DNA of 64,000 nt from Octopus sinensis (Eukaryota), in the NCBI RefSeq assembly GCF_006345805.1, contig NC_042999.1, positions 46,314,001 through 46,378,000 on the forward strand. The letters are read 5' to 3'. The translations under genes and the position numbers were made by a program. The notes beneath the pieces were generated by a model that was not told the DNA's origin, searched no databases, and saw only the letters and a program-made list of their open reading frames with translations. Below are positions 13,130 through 27,635 of the stretch, piece by piece (within the stretch, counting starts at the first letter, position 1; every line of letters begins with the position of its first letter).

Positions 13130-15935
13130 TTTTATTCCCCGGTAAGACCGGGGACTCTATGCACCTTGTGTTAGCGGTTTCCAAACTGATTTTTATCGGC
13201 GCCTAGAGGGTTTTCTCATGACGTCGAAGACTTTAGTGGTATTAGGGGACTTTAATGCTATCGTTGACGTACACATTGATAGTGTTGGCTCGATCCATAG
13301 AAACGTGAACTCACGTCTCGTGGATCTACTTAAGCGGTTTCAGCTGGCAGATCGTTACAGACTTGACCATCCGAACGTCCCAGAGTGGACATGGATGAGT
13401 GGCGACGGAAGGTTCAAGTCTTATCTAGATAGAATAGTGATAAGAACTAGAGATAAGTCTAGTTTTAGTTGTCCACAGCTTGTCCAGGTGTCCTATACTG
13501 ACCATAGAATGGTCAAGTGCAGACAGGACATAGGTAGCACACTTAAGATAGGAACCGGCTACTGGAAGCTGAACAAGTCTATTTTGACTTGTGAGGCATA
13601 CCATAGTCGGATTAAGGAGTTAGTACAGAGGGCGTTAACCGGAGCCGTGGTTAATAACCGGTGGTGGTTCGCCCTCAAAAGAGCCATTCGATTCGAGTTC
13701 ATTAGATTCAGTAAGCAACTAAGACTAGACAGGGCTAGAATAGAAGGGTAATTAGTTAAGAACTTGGAGGAGGCGTTGAGGTTGGGCTCTGCTTGTCACG
13801 TTTTGGCGGCGAGAACGGCATTAGACCGTCACCTCAAAACCAAACATGAGGGGTGTAGAGTTCGGGCTAAAGTGCGAGCATTGGGCCGTGAGGGAATTAA
13901 TGTTGCCGGATGATGCCCGTACGATAGAAACCCAGCGTGGCAACGATGCCACAATTAGGTCTCTTGCTGACGAAAACGGATGCACGATCAAGGAGCGGGA
14001 CGAGATGTGTGAGGCACTTTACAAGCACTTCGCCGAGTTGTTCGGGAGGTGCGGGACGCTGGATCATGGTGAGACCCTTAGGGATCTCCCGTCTGGCGAC
14101 CCGCGTCTCTCGGCACGAGAGGCTGAGTGCTGTGAGGGGCCAATCACAGCCGAGGAAGTAATCGAGGTGTTGGGCGAGTGCCCCGGGGAGAAGTCGCTGG
14201 GTCTCGATGGTCAGCCCTATGAGTTTTATAAAAGTATACCAGACTTGTTCGGGCATCTGCTGGCTAGCGTCTTCGCCAATTGGCAGCAGAATGGGAGAAT
14301 TCCCAAATCTGCGTGCCGGGGGGGGGGGTGACGTTGATCAGGAAGCACCCGAGCAAAGGGGATGAGATAGGGAACTTCAGGCCCATAACTCTGCTGAACA
14401 CAGAGTTAAAGATTTTGCCAAGGTGCTAGCGAAAAGGTTGGCGCGGGTCGTGGACAAACTTGTTGGGGAAGCGCAAACGTGCGCTATCCCGGACAGGACG
14501 ATCCACGACAATCTCCACCTTATACACTACTCCTTAGAGAAAGTGGGGGAAGCTTTCCGTCGCAGGAGGGGCACTGGTATATTTAGACCAGTCTAAAGCA
14601 TTTGATAGGGTCGACCATCGGTACTTGGCGGCGGTCCTCGGGGAGGCTGACCTGGGCCCGACCTTTCGAGGTTGGATCGTTGCTTTGTATAGCGACATCG
14701 AGTCTGTCGTCAAAGTGAACGGGTTCTTTTCGAAGCCGTTCAGGATCGAGCGTTCAGTTCGTCAGGGGTGTCCCCTGTCCCCACTTCTATATGTGTTGGC
14801 TCTTGAGCCTTTGATGCGGAAGTTGGAGGCACTAGGGGGCGCACCGCATGATCTATGGTGTGGAAGAGGAGCTACGGCGTACACGGATGACATCTCCATC
14901 ATCGTGGCAGATGAAGACCAGCTTCCAGTGGTGGAAGAGGCCATCAAAAGCTATGAGGCGGTGGCAGGAGCAAAGGTTAACTAGGACAAGTCGGTCAGTT
15001 TGCAACTCGGCACCTGGAGGGGCAAGCCGATGCCGTCCAATAACGTCGTGGGACGTTGGACGGAAGGTCCTGTTAAGCTGCTTGGAGTCTGGATTGGTCC
15101 AGACCTCCAGATAGAGAAAAATTGGAGTGAGGTGGCCGGCAGGGTGACCGCTCTAACCCAGACCTGGTCTGGACGGGCGTTATTCCTGCTAGGGAGGGCG
15201 GAGGTGGTGCAGATGTTCATAGCATCAGTAATCACCTACCGTCTGACCGTGGTGCATTGCCCCGATTTGTGGCTGAACAAGTTGGAGAGAATCCTTTTCC
15301 GCTTTTGGGGGGAAAGGAGGATAGCCACTTGTAAAGCGCTCTGTCTGTTGCCAGAAACCGTTAAAGGGTGGGCTAGTGATGCCTTGGCTGAAGATGCGAA
15401 AATTCGCATTAAGGTTGAGGCACCTCTGGCTTTACCTGGATGGAGAGCAGATGTGGTCACCGCACGTTCGGTTCTACCTTCCCCAGTTAACGTCCTTAAC
15501 GGACACCGGTGCATAGATCAAGTGGAGACCTAAACTGTGGGACTGGCACTTGGAGTGTCGTCAGGCACTCCCGCTACTCTCTCGGGCGGGCAACGCCGGC
15601 AACAGGAGTTCCACCGCGGATTTCTATAGCGAGTTAGTGGAATTTATGTCAGAAAACGTCTTGGGGGAGACCCTGGGCTACGATGAAAATCAGTTGGTCA
15701 ACCTGTTCCGGAGACGTTCGGGCCGAGGTATCTGGATATTTACCAGAAATCCCTGGCCTGGCAGTGTTTCCGTGCGGCGTTACCTGTTCGCGACAAGCTG
15801 TCAAGGCACGGAAGTGCCGTCTCGCCGACATGTCCGCGATGTGAGCGGGATAGGGAAACCGTCTTGCACGCATTCGTGGAGTGCCCGGAGTTATCGGGAC
15901 TGATTGCTTTTGCCGAACAACTGTGGAGTAACATA
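13130..15935 (+). mobile_element. Tx1/L1-clade LINE ORF2 (APE endonuclease + RT), frameshifted
   Basis: GDFN, SYLDRI, TDHRMV, GYWKLN; KSLGLDG, LDQSKAFDRV region, SVRQGCPLSPLLY, YTDD. Confidence 0.92.
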
Positions 15936-16149
15936 GAAAGCGTGTAACAAGCAAAAACAGTAACAAGATAAAATTATAACAATGAATAACTCCCCCAAAA
16001 ATGGAGACTTCCTAGGGCTGCTCGTGGAGCCCCCACAAAACCACGGTCACCCTGACCATTGAGTCAAGAATTCTCTCACATCACACTCCTTCAATACACA
16101 GGTACATACTTAGAACAGGCCCCTTCACTCGGACCATTCTTGCAACACT

Positions 16150-19100
16150 ATCTCACCTTTTCACAAAATTGATGGGAGGCAACACTTCCCTCCATAGTCC
16201 CACTTTTCTGTTCAAGTGAAACTTGAAAATGTTGATGAGGGTTTTGCCAAAGAGGAAAGTACCTATCTTCAGCCCTTTCAATTTCGTCCACTACACAACC
16301 TAAGCTTACCAGGCAAAGAAACAATACCTACCTTTCCCAGCCAATGAAAGGTGGTGGCACGATCTTCACAATAGACTTAGCCGATAGCTGGATCCGTCCT
16401 ACTCATGACAGCAGGAGTTTGACTTAATCCCACAAGTCAGCAATGCACGGGCACAAAACAAGAGAGTGCAGAAGGTTTCGTCCCTCTGTGCTCATCTCTG
16501 ACGGTACTTCCGTACCTGTAGAGTTTATCTCAAACCGGCACTGGAAATTATCCATAGGCCTCGGCCCGAAAGAGACCCGCCAACACATTCTTATCGACGC
16601 CTAGAGCCACCTCAAGAACGTCGTTGCATTTTCTCGACACTAACCCTCTATAGAACGCCAGAGTTGAACTTCCACCGAGCGCATTGTTCGACTGACAGAG
16701 GGCTGTGAGCACCTGACGACACTTTAGGTACAGTCGCCCTGCCTTGGTCTACGCTTGATCAAGAACTGCATCTCAGTCAAAGACAAGCTGTGGAAAATCG
16801 TGTCTGACAAGCGGTGACCACACTCACTCACCGTCAAGTAAACGCTGAAGATTTAGCGTCAGCGCATGTCTGCGCATCGGCAACCACAGCATGCCGTCTT
16901 CCATTCAACGGGTGTTAACAGCAAATTGAGCGCCTGACCTGTGGAAAGCATCCTTTCCATTGAAAGTACAAGTGTAGGCGCTCTAGTTTGGTCAGACTTG
17001 AACCAGGACAAAGCACAATGGTGAGGCGGTAGTAGATGACGGATGCAATGTAGGCATTCGCCACCTATGCCCGACCTTTCGGGAATAGCTTTCTCTCGGC
17101 CAATTTCTGAGTGAGATTGGCCACCCTACTCATCCCCTCTTCCCAGTTCTTCTCCACCTGGCAATCTGGTCCAAGCCAGATCCCGAGCAATTTAACTGGT
17201 AACACCGTCCAACGTCCCACGACGTCATTGGACGGTCTGTGCATGCCTCCCCAGGTGCCAGGCTGCAGGCTTACTGATTTGTTTTGGTTAATTTTTGCTC
17301 CTGTCATTGCCTCGTATTCTTTTAAAGCTATGTAGACCAGTTCTATGTGTCCTGGTATTCGATACTATGAAGGAAACGTAATTTACATACGCGAACACGG
17401 TGCTCCAATGTCCTAGTTCGTGCGGGATGTCACCCAACGCCTCCAGTTTTCTCAGTAGTGGCTGAGAAACCCACCGCCGTGAGAACGGCCCTCATGTATT
17501 GGTGGTATACCCTACCAAAGGCTTTAGTTTGATCCAAATTCATTAGAATCCCACCCATGCAAGCTTCTCTACCTACCCTGTCTGTGATATATCCTATGAG
17601 GTGGAGATTGCCGTGGATGGATATACATGGGATTGCGCATATTTGCGCATTACCAAGCAATCAATTGATGATAAGCGCCAACTTCTTCGCTAATACCCTG
17701 GTCAAAATTTTGAAATTTGCGTGCAGCAGCGTTACGGGACTAACATTTTCTATTTGATTTGGTTCGTTTGTTTGGGTCCTTTCTCAGTAGTGCCACCTCT
17801 CCTCAACTCACAGGACTAGGAATTCTCCCGTACTGCAGCCAGTTGCGGTAGATATCTACTAAGCGGCCGCCAAACAAATTTGGCATATGAAGGTAAATCT
17901 TGTGCAGTAGATCATCCAAACCAGGCGATTTATCCACCGCGCAGCCCATCATCACATTCCGTATTTCCACAGTTGTTATCGGTATTTGGCAATGCTCCAC
18001 CTCCCTTTCCGAGAGTCATGGAATGCCATCGAGGTAGGCACTGAAGTCCATTCTGCGTTCTAGTCTGTCTTTCGTCCCAAACATTTGGGCGAAGTGCTAC
18101 TGAAATGCCACACACATCTACTTGGGCTCTAGAACCGTGCGCCCATTTTGGTTCACCTAAGACCGAATTATGGCTTTGTTTCCACGTTGTGTCTCTATCA
18201 CTCAGGCCCGTTGAACGGCTTTCGTTCCCTCTTGTCTTACAGTATACACCTTAGTTCTGACAATGCATCCTTCGCGCTTAGCATTGAAAAATTGACCTAT
18301 GGCAAATCTCGCCTAAGCACTTTTAAGTTTCTAACAAAGTTTCCCCCTCTTCTATTTCTTTCTATTGCTAATGCTTCACTAAATTTAATTGATTCTATTT
18401 TAGTTACACTTTTCAGAGTAAACCACCGTTTGTTGTTGGCAATTGCCCTTTTACGCCCGCTTAATTTATTCGCCAATCTGCTCTTGGTAAGCTTGGCACG
18501 CCAGGAGTGATATGTCCAGCTTCCAGTAATCGGGTCCCAACTTACGAAGTCTATCTAAGTTGACCATGCAGATCACAAACTTGTAGTCTATGTATCCTTA
18601 TCTACAGGCCTTCAGAATACTCTATCTAGATACGACCCAGATTGCCTGATACAGTTAGCGCATATTCACACTGGCGCATTCGGGAAACCCTGTCAGCACC
18701 TGTCTTACAGCATACACCTTACCAGCCCCATGCAATCTAAACGTGCATCCATGATGGCGTTTCAATCACCCATTAGAACTAAAAAAAACCTTCAGAATTC
18801 TGAAAAAATCTGGTTGTCCTGTCCCTTTCGTGACATAAAGAGCTACCAGTCTGAAGGCATCCCCGTCGGTACTGTTCACATCCAGGACTACCATCTTACC
18901 TTCTGGGTCCAGGAAGATAGTCCTTATCTTCAGATTCAACCTCTCCGAAATAACACCACTGTTCCACCACTCCCTATTTATCGTTGAAATGGAGATAAAT
19001 ACATCTCATATCCCCCGAAAAAGGGTATGAAAGCTCATCGGTCGAAGACTCTGGTTTCACTGATAGCTGCTACATCTACACTTAGTAACCTCAGGACGTT

Positions 19101-20480
19101 GAGTAGTTGACCTTATTTCCAAGGCGACTCTAGACCACGTGCATTTGTACTGCCTATTCGGAGAAAGTCTATGTTAGATTAAGAGATAGAAGCGGAAAAC
19201 ATTACTTACAAGGATTTGGGGCGGGATGGGGGGGACAGGAAGGGATGTTCCGCCCATGGCTATATGTGGATGTTTCCACGCGCAGCTCTTTATGTATTCT
19301 TTTGTGGATATTTCCCCTGAAAGCATGTTGTGGTCACCCGCTTCTGATGATGCGATTGATGTTGTGGTGGTGACGTCGAAAAAGGTGGGTCTCTTTCTTC
19401 TCTCTTTTGTTATGGGCAAAAGGCTTTCAGATAATTTGTGACCCTACACAAACGATTCCTCAGTTTTCTTCCCTCAATGACCACGTGAAGGTTGATGCTA
19501 TCTAGCAAATTTATGGTAGGATTGTTTCTAAACTTTCGTATTCCATTTGCATCCACAACTACATAGCTTAACACAACCAGTTTTGTTTCTGCAGTTTCCG
19601 CACCTGTAGAATATTTGTTTTGTCCGCTGTATCCGGCAAGACAACTGCCACCAACCAGCGGATATCAATTTCTGGAGGTGTGTCTCCATTTTTCATTTTC
19701 ACCACTCGGCGACCTAGGTGTATGGGTACCAGGAATCAATCCTCATTTTTTAATGTTAACGTGGAGTGCTCCCTTATCTCTTCTGTGGAAAATTTCACCT
19801 CTATAATGCCGTATCGATTCCCTCTTGCAACGTACGTTTTCGTGTCCAACACTGGACGTAGGTACTTTTCAATTTGCTGTTGTGTTGCCCGTTCTAATTT
19901 GCGACTTATTACTCTTGTCATATTGTATGTTATTGTTTTCCTGAGTGTATCCTATACAATGACTTTAGAAGTGCTGAGAGTAACTCTCCTTCCATTTTTT
20001 AAAAACATGCTTCTTGCATCTTTAAATCGTCTATTGACAGCTTTACATTTTTTGTGTGTGTTTAATGCACTGCAGCCGCAAAACCATAAATTTTTGATTT
20101 GTGGTTTATGTAGTTTTCAGCGAGTGTGTTGGCGTTGATGGAGGTAGTGGTGGCAACGGTGGTTGAAGCTGCACGTATTATATGTGAAGAATTTCTGTTT
20201 TCTTTTTGCTGATATTCTTGCTTGTCGTTGTTGCTTTGGCTGGCTTTTGTAATGGCGGTGGTGGTACTGGTGCTGTTGTGTTTTATATGATTTTTCTTTT
20301 ATGTTTTTTCTCGGTGTTGGTGATGGTGATGGTGTTGTTGTTGTTGATTCTGCAGCTACTACCTCTTTCCATGTTTGTTAGATCAGTCGGAAAAGACTGA
20401 CTGCGAAAGCCAATTTCGCCTTCAAAACAACCTCTCACCACCCTCGCTTCTCCGTTTGACGAAGAAGACCCCCACCGTAT
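16150..20480 (-). mobile_element. Older, near full-length Tx1-clade LINE (ORF1 remnant + ORF2), heavily decayed
   Basis: Minus strand KSPGLDD, LDQTKAFGRV, GAKINQNKSV, SYLDRV, GPDYWKLD; ORF1 remnant with degenerate knuckle VIEGRK...LC...FCP near 19410-19490. Confidence 0.82.
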
Positions 20481-21051
20481 TGAATTTTTAAACAGTATTT
20501 CGAAAAGAAAAACTTTCTTTTTCGAAATTTCTCCTCTTAGAGCAGATAACAATAACTTTTGCTCAGTTCCATGTGGTCTGCTCAAAATACAATACGCTAT
20601 ATAACAAAAATGGGGGGGGGGATACATAACAAGAGAGACAGGTCAATAACTCACAGAGCGCTTGCAGCCCGTCCAGTAACCAGAAAGACAAAGAAAGGCC
20701 ATCGACTGACTGGAATTATAACAGCGAAGGAAATGGCTTCATGGCAGAGGCTAAATTATAACAGAGCGACAGGCACAAATATCATGCAAAAATCACAACA
20801 TCAATAGTTATCACGAAACGGTTTAACTCCATCTTCTTCTTCTTCTTCTTCTTCTTCTTCTTCAAAAAAAAGCTTTAAAGTGATTTAACTTAATATCTAT
20901 TCGTAGTGTATTTTAGTCGCTGTGTTTCTGAAATATATCGCCCGCACACATCTTTGCCAATATACATTCAGTGAAGCTTTACATAGCATCGTACGGTTTT
21001 TGACTGCTATTTCCAGCAAACACTGGTGCCTTGTTGTGCCACATTTTCCTG

Positions 21052-21094
<43 letters not shown>

Positions 21095-21142
21095 TATATA
21101 TTATATATATATATATGTATATATATACATATATATATATAT

Positions 21143-22094
21143 CAAGGTGTCCTGTTTTCAGGGTCAGATTTTTTTTCTGACTGCACCCTGCACCATTGTC
21201 ATGTGTGGTGCCTGTAGATGAGAAAATGAGGTGTATAAAATGACAGGGCTCTAAAAACATTTTTGTGACTACGCAAACATCCTGAATTTGAAAAATTGGA
21301 CATTTTTACTGTGCCTGTGTAGTGTCAAATCGAAAGGTATCTGTTAATGTGTGTTTCCTAAGTTTTATGCAGATCTAAATTATACTAGAAAATTATGGTG
21401 CCAGTGTAAAACTAATTTCTAATGACTATTAAAATGCACAAAGTTACACGGTTGACTAAGAATCTTAAAAATCTACTAGATGTTGAAAAACTACGAATAG
21501 GAGAGAAGAAGAGAACCCTCCATATGCAGAGAAAGATAAGGAGCCTGAACTACAGCCTTCCGGGCGGTTTGGATTGACAGTTAAATGTATTTCAAATATT
21601 TCAGTAACGTCTCCCATGCCTAAGTGCTAAGTGAACAATGAGCATCTAGTGATAATATTTCCTGCTAAAAATCAACTGAATAGGTATGCACTGAGGATTA
21701 TTTTTATAGTACAACTTGTATTATATACTTTAAAAAGTATATTCAAAAATGTTTCTTGGAAGGTTTACGATTAAATTTTTTTCAAACCTTGTTACATTCT
21801 GTTTGTCATAAAAATCATGAAAACTAAATTATGTTCTTGCACCATAATTTTATTGCATAATGTAGATCCCACATGAAACTTCTGAAACAAATATTATTAA
21901 ACAGGTATCTTTCGACTTGACACTACTCAAGCAGAATAAAAATGGCCACTTTTTCAACTTCGGTAGGCTTGTGTAGTCACAAAAATGGTTTTAGAGACCT
22001 GTCATTTTGTATACCTCATTTTTTCATCCACTGGCTCCATATAAGACAATGGTGCAGTCAGAAAATATTTTGGCCTTGAAAACAGGACGCCCTA
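21143..22094. mobile_element. Non-autonomous DNA transposon with long (about 260 bp) imperfect TIRs
   Basis: 21143-21400 is the reverse complement of about 21835-22094 (GTCCTGTTTTCA...CTGACTGCACC...TTTTGTGACTAC...ATTATGGTGC); TA-rich flanks; no ORF. Confidence 0.75.
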
Positions 22095-22139
22095 ATATGT
22101 ATATGCATGTATGTATATATGTATATATATATATGTATG

Positions 22140-22196
<57 letters not shown>

Positions 22197-22250
22197 GTAT
22201 ATATATGTATATATATATATATGTATATATATATATGTATATATATATAG

Positions 22251-22596
22251 TGAAGGCGTGTGGCTCAGTGGTTAGAGCGTCGAGCTTACGATCGTGAGGT
22301 TGTGAGCTCGAATCCCGGACCGGGCTGCGTGTTGTGTTCTTGAGCAAGACACTTTATTTCACGTTGCTCCAGTTCGCTCAGCTGTAGAAATGAGTTGCGA
22401 CGTCACAGGTGCCAAGCTGTATCGGCCCTTGCCTTTCCCTTGGACAACATCAGTGACGTGGAGAGGGGAGGCCGGTATGCATGGGCGACTGCTGGTCTTC
22501 CATAAAAAAAAAAACCTTGCCCAGACTTGTGCCTCAGAGGGTAACTCTCTAGGTGCAAACCCATGGTCAGTGTCTGACCGAAGGGGTCACCACACC
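22251..22596 (+). mobile_element. tRNA-derived SINE family C (Arg-like ACG loop), copy 1 of tandem pair
   Basis: TGGCTCAGTGGTTAGAGC...TTACGAT...GCTCGAATCCC head; core TGTGTTCTTGAGCAAGACACTT; homologous to 33860-34218. Confidence 0.85.
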
Positions 22597-22605
22597 ATAT
22601 ATATG

Positions 22606-22637
<32 letters not shown>

Positions 22638-22682
22638 TATAATGTATATATATATAGTATATATATATATATGTATATAATA

Positions 22683-22737
<55 letters not shown>

Positions 22738-22765
22738 GTATATATATATATGTATATATATATAG

Positions 22766-23109
22766 TGAAGGCGTGTGGCTCAGTGGTTAGAGCGTCGAGC
22801 TTACGATCGTGAGGTTGTGAGCTCGAATCCCGGACCGGGCTGCGTGTTGTGTTCTTGAGCAAGACACTTTATTTCACGTTGCTCCAGTTCGCTCAGCTGT
22901 AGAAATGAGTTGCGACGTCACAGGTGCCAAGCTGTATCGGCCCTTGCCTTTCCCTTGGACAACATCAGTGACGTGGAGAGGGGAGGCCGGTATGCATGGG
23001 CGACTGCTGGTCTTCCATAAAAAAAAAACCTTGCCCAGACTTGTGCCTCAGAGGGTAACTCTCTAGGTGCAAACCATGGTCAGTGTCTGACCGAAGGGGT
23101 CACCACACC
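22766..23109 (+). mobile_element. SINE family C, copy 2 of tandem pair
   Basis: Nearly identical to 22251-22596, including the 3' junction. Confidence 0.85.
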
Positions 23110-23122
23110 ATATATATGTATA

Positions 23123-23178
<56 letters not shown>

Positions 23179-23197
23179 GTATATATATATATCTATG

Positions 23198-23924
<727 letters not shown>

Positions 23925-24554
23925 TATATAATGTAAGCAGCTGTTTAGCAGTGTGTTACCAAAAAGGAAAACTATAATTTTCATTAAATATGACCGTGGG
24001 TGTTTGAACACCTACAATGCTTGAAATAAGATCTAAAGCTCTTTAATGCTGCAGTCAAAGCACATAATTGCATACATACGTACTGACAGCGACCGTAACT
24101 TACATCAACTCTCATCCTAAAACCTTAGGAAAATGTCAGTACATCGGATGCTATGGCTCTGATTGCACTGTATGCAGGGAAGGGACGGAGAAATAGTCAG
24201 AACTGAAAGGTCATTCGCCAGAAGTCTGCATAATAAAAGTTCACCTAGAGGCTGTAAACAATGACATCAACACAGTTTGACGTGTTTGTGCCTAAAACTA
24301 TCTCAATAAGGAGCCAGAAAATACCTCTCTGTTGTAATTAATTTTGAGCGTTATTGACATAAATCTTTGGGCTTAAAAAAAAGTAGCAGTGACTTATAGA
24401 TAAAAGCAAAGTACAGATATCCATTTGTTATATCCGAGTAAAACATAAATTATGAACGCCTTTTATTCTTGCAACATCGTATGATTCTTTTCTTTTTCTT
24501 TTTTATATTAATCAATATTTTTATCTTGATACCACATCTTTTTTTATTATTTAG

Positions 24555-26025
24555 GTCCAATGCGAAATATTTGACGTCCATCTTTCTTCTAATTTTCATA
24601 ATTTTTACATGTTTCGAGTGGACAACTCTTAAAAGCAATAACTCGCGCAACCTAAATTTTCAACATGTTCAACAGAGACCACCTAAAGCCATCATTCATT
24701 CTGCGCTTCCTAATGTGCCAATTCATAATACAGTTGTTGCTAAAAAGGAGGAAACTTCCCACCAAAAGAAATTTTCTTCTATTACTATGAAATACAATAA
24801 AACTAAGAACGCTTTTGACTTCTTCAAGTTTAACTGCTCAAAACCAGTTGACAAAAGACATATCAAGGTTAGAAAGCAAAAAATATATCAGATATTAATG
24901 TTTAATAATGAAGCAGTATATCTATATAAAGTTTATTATGATGATCGTAAATCCCACTGGGGTAGAAAGTATATTCAAATTCTTGCAGTCGGTCCTAAAA
25001 TCAACAAAACAATTTATGCTGACTTATGGTTTGGTAAAAACGTAATGAGCAAATCTGTGTCTTCATGTAGTATTACAAAGCATGGTCGTGACTCAAATAT
25101 TACTTCCAAGATATTCCTCCAGTATTTCTTCAGCTGTGAAATAAAAGATAATGATATTCCTAAATATGTATCACTGAGTTTTGATAGATGTGCTCCGAGG
25201 TCGAATCTCTTGCATGTAGAAGTACCAGACAGAAAGTGGAAGCACAAATTTGCCATATGTATCGAGACTAGCTATGGGCATATTGATCCTTCTGTGATTA
25301 TCGAATTTGTCGAGTATAATAAATTGATGGGCGTTACTTCAATCTCTGTCTACCCATCGCAGATTTCTACGAATAACAGGAAAGTTTTTCAGCAATACGA
25401 GAAAGAAGGAATTATGAGTATTTCTGAGACACCATCTCCTTTGGAAGGCGACAGTTGGAAGATATTAACGTTGAGTAGTCCGATCTCTTTCAACGATTGC
25501 ATGCTTCGACAAATGTATTCAGCGGAATATATTATTCCGATAGACTTTGATGAAATCCTAGTCCCAAGATTATCTGCTAAAAATTATTCTGCGTTATTGA
25601 ATGACATTGATTCTACATATCGCGCAAAGGAACCATTTTCTATATATTCATTCCGGACGTTCATATTTTTCACAACGTGTGGGAGTAAAATCCAAAATCC
25701 AAAATTTAGTAACATTTTCCGCTTCGTGCATCGATTAAAAAGATTTGGCCATTTGAAATCAATAGTAAATCCTCGCAAGTGCTTGAGTGTGTATAATCAT
25801 TACTGCAAAGTAAATTTTAAACATTTGAAAGGCCCTGGTGGGGTTTCGGTCGACACTAGTCTTGCTAGTGTCCACCACTATCGAAAGTCATGGTCACAAA
25901 ACTTTTGTAAACTTTTATATTCGGAAAACACCATTGATACTTTATGTAAAGACAAATTCGGAAAAATGTTGTCGAAACCTCTTCAGGATAAATATAATAT
26001 GTTTAAACGATTACATCTCGTCTAA
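24555..26025 (+). CDS. Glycosyltransferase family 92 (DUF23; galt-1-like) main coding exon, type II membrane protein
   Basis: Intact frame (part of the 518-aa ORF 24469-26025) with TM YLTSIFLLIFIIFTCF, FAICI, IIEFVEYNKLMGV, NDCMLR, DxD motif IDFDEILVP, KSIVNP, HHYR; AATAAA at 26027 and 26056. Confidence 0.88.
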
Positions 26026-26659
26026 AAATAAAAGAACATCGGTACTTCATGTAAAAATAAATTCGGGCAGAAATCTCTTCAGAACAAATACAATCAATCG
26101 AAGGTTGATTGAGGTGTCTCACACTTTTCTCCAGCAACGTTATTTATATTTTATGGTATTATTTCATTTTATTTCATTTTATTTCATTTTCATTAAAAAA
26201 AATGCTGTCTTGCGTTTTGAAGTGGGGATTGATGGAATATTTAAGATACTGATGACACTGATATTTTTATCCTTGGATAGCAACTGTCATTTTCTATTTG
26301 CTTACCCGTAGAAGGAATGAAAAATGGCTAATATTTCCTTTGCTTTTGTTACACTTATTCAAACCCCAAAGAATCCTTCTCAACACATGCCTATGATGAT
26401 CCCCCATTACTCCTGCCCGTGATCAGAGATGCACACATTGGCAGCCACCCTCAAGGGGTTAGGGTCAAGCAACTGACAAGCAAATCTGTGGTATTTAGCA
26501 GAATATTTGCTATAATGATTCAGCGCTGAATCTGTCTAAAATGTAATGTAAAATAGATGAATTTTAAAACATTGATGTCAAGATCACAAAAGCATAGTAG
26601 CCATTTCCTTTCATTTCTAGGTCGAAGCATATAGGAAATAACGCTAACTGACCAAGGAC

Positions 26660-26710
<51 letters not shown>

Positions 26711-27228
26711 GAAAAAAGGACAATTTTGTTACACAGTGTTATCAGTTATGTACATAGTACCTCAGGGAAAATTGGGTGATTTTAAAGTTTTTCTTATAGT
26801 TAATCCACGGTATTCTTCCAACGGGCGAAAAAATAATACTCTATCAACACAGTCTGTTCAGTCTCATATGGTGTGGTTAAATTCTTAAGTTTGTATTCGA
26901 AGATAAATAAAAGTTAAATTAAAATCTGATCGCCGAATTGGCTTTGGTATACATTCTTTTACTGTTATTAATGTTCTTTCTAATTTAGAAAAAAAGACTA
27001 GAAATATTGAAGGAAGAATCAATACTATTTGACAGGAGTACTTATCTGGTACTATATTTTATCGATCCAGAAGGATGAGAGGCAAAGCTGAGTTCGATGG
27101 AATTTGAACTCAGAAAATACAGAAATTCAGAACGAATACAGCAAAACATTTTCCCGACGATCTAACGATTCTAACAAACCACAAATCATTTGTTTATATA
27201 TTTCTATTGGTATTAAACCTAGCAAAGG

Positions 27229-27635
27229 CGGTAGCTGGCAGAATCGTTAGCACACCGGGCGAAATGCTGCTAAACATTTCGCCCGTGTTTATGTTCTGAG
27301 TTCAAATTCTGCCGAGGTCGACTCTGCTTTTCATCATTGGCTGCAAGCTGGCAGAAACGTTAGCAAGCCGGGCAAAATGCTTAGCGGTATTTCGTCTGCC
27401 GTTACGTTCTGAATTCAAATTCCGCCGAGGTAGACTTTGCCTTTCATCCTTTCGGGGTCGATAAATTAAGTACCAGTTACACACTGTGGTCGATATAATC
27501 GATTTAATCCGTTTGTCTGTCCTTGTTGGTCCTCTCTGTGTTTAGCCCCTTGTAGGTAGTAAAGAAATAGGTATTTCGTCTACCGTTACGTTCTGAGTTC
27601 AAATTTTGCCGAGGTAGACTCTGCTTTTCATCATT
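27229..27635 (+). mobile_element. SINE family A cluster/multimer
   Basis: Repeated heads and the AAAGAAATAGG-TATTTCGTC junction. Confidence 0.8.

Noticed and set aside
19620-20138. 172-aa plus-strand ORF
   Set aside because: Antisense to the Tx1 ORF1 remnant, with no recognisable motif.
22251-22325. tRNA-Arg genes (also 4317, 33860, 40327, 54780)
   Set aside because: A and B boxes are present but there is no acceptor-stem pairing, and each continues into a repeated SINE body.
24469-24554. N-terminal extra TM helix or signal peptide of the 518-aa ORF
   Set aside because: Better explained as an intronic polypyrimidine tract ending in AG at 24554; an unspliced ATG at 24481 is not fully excluded.
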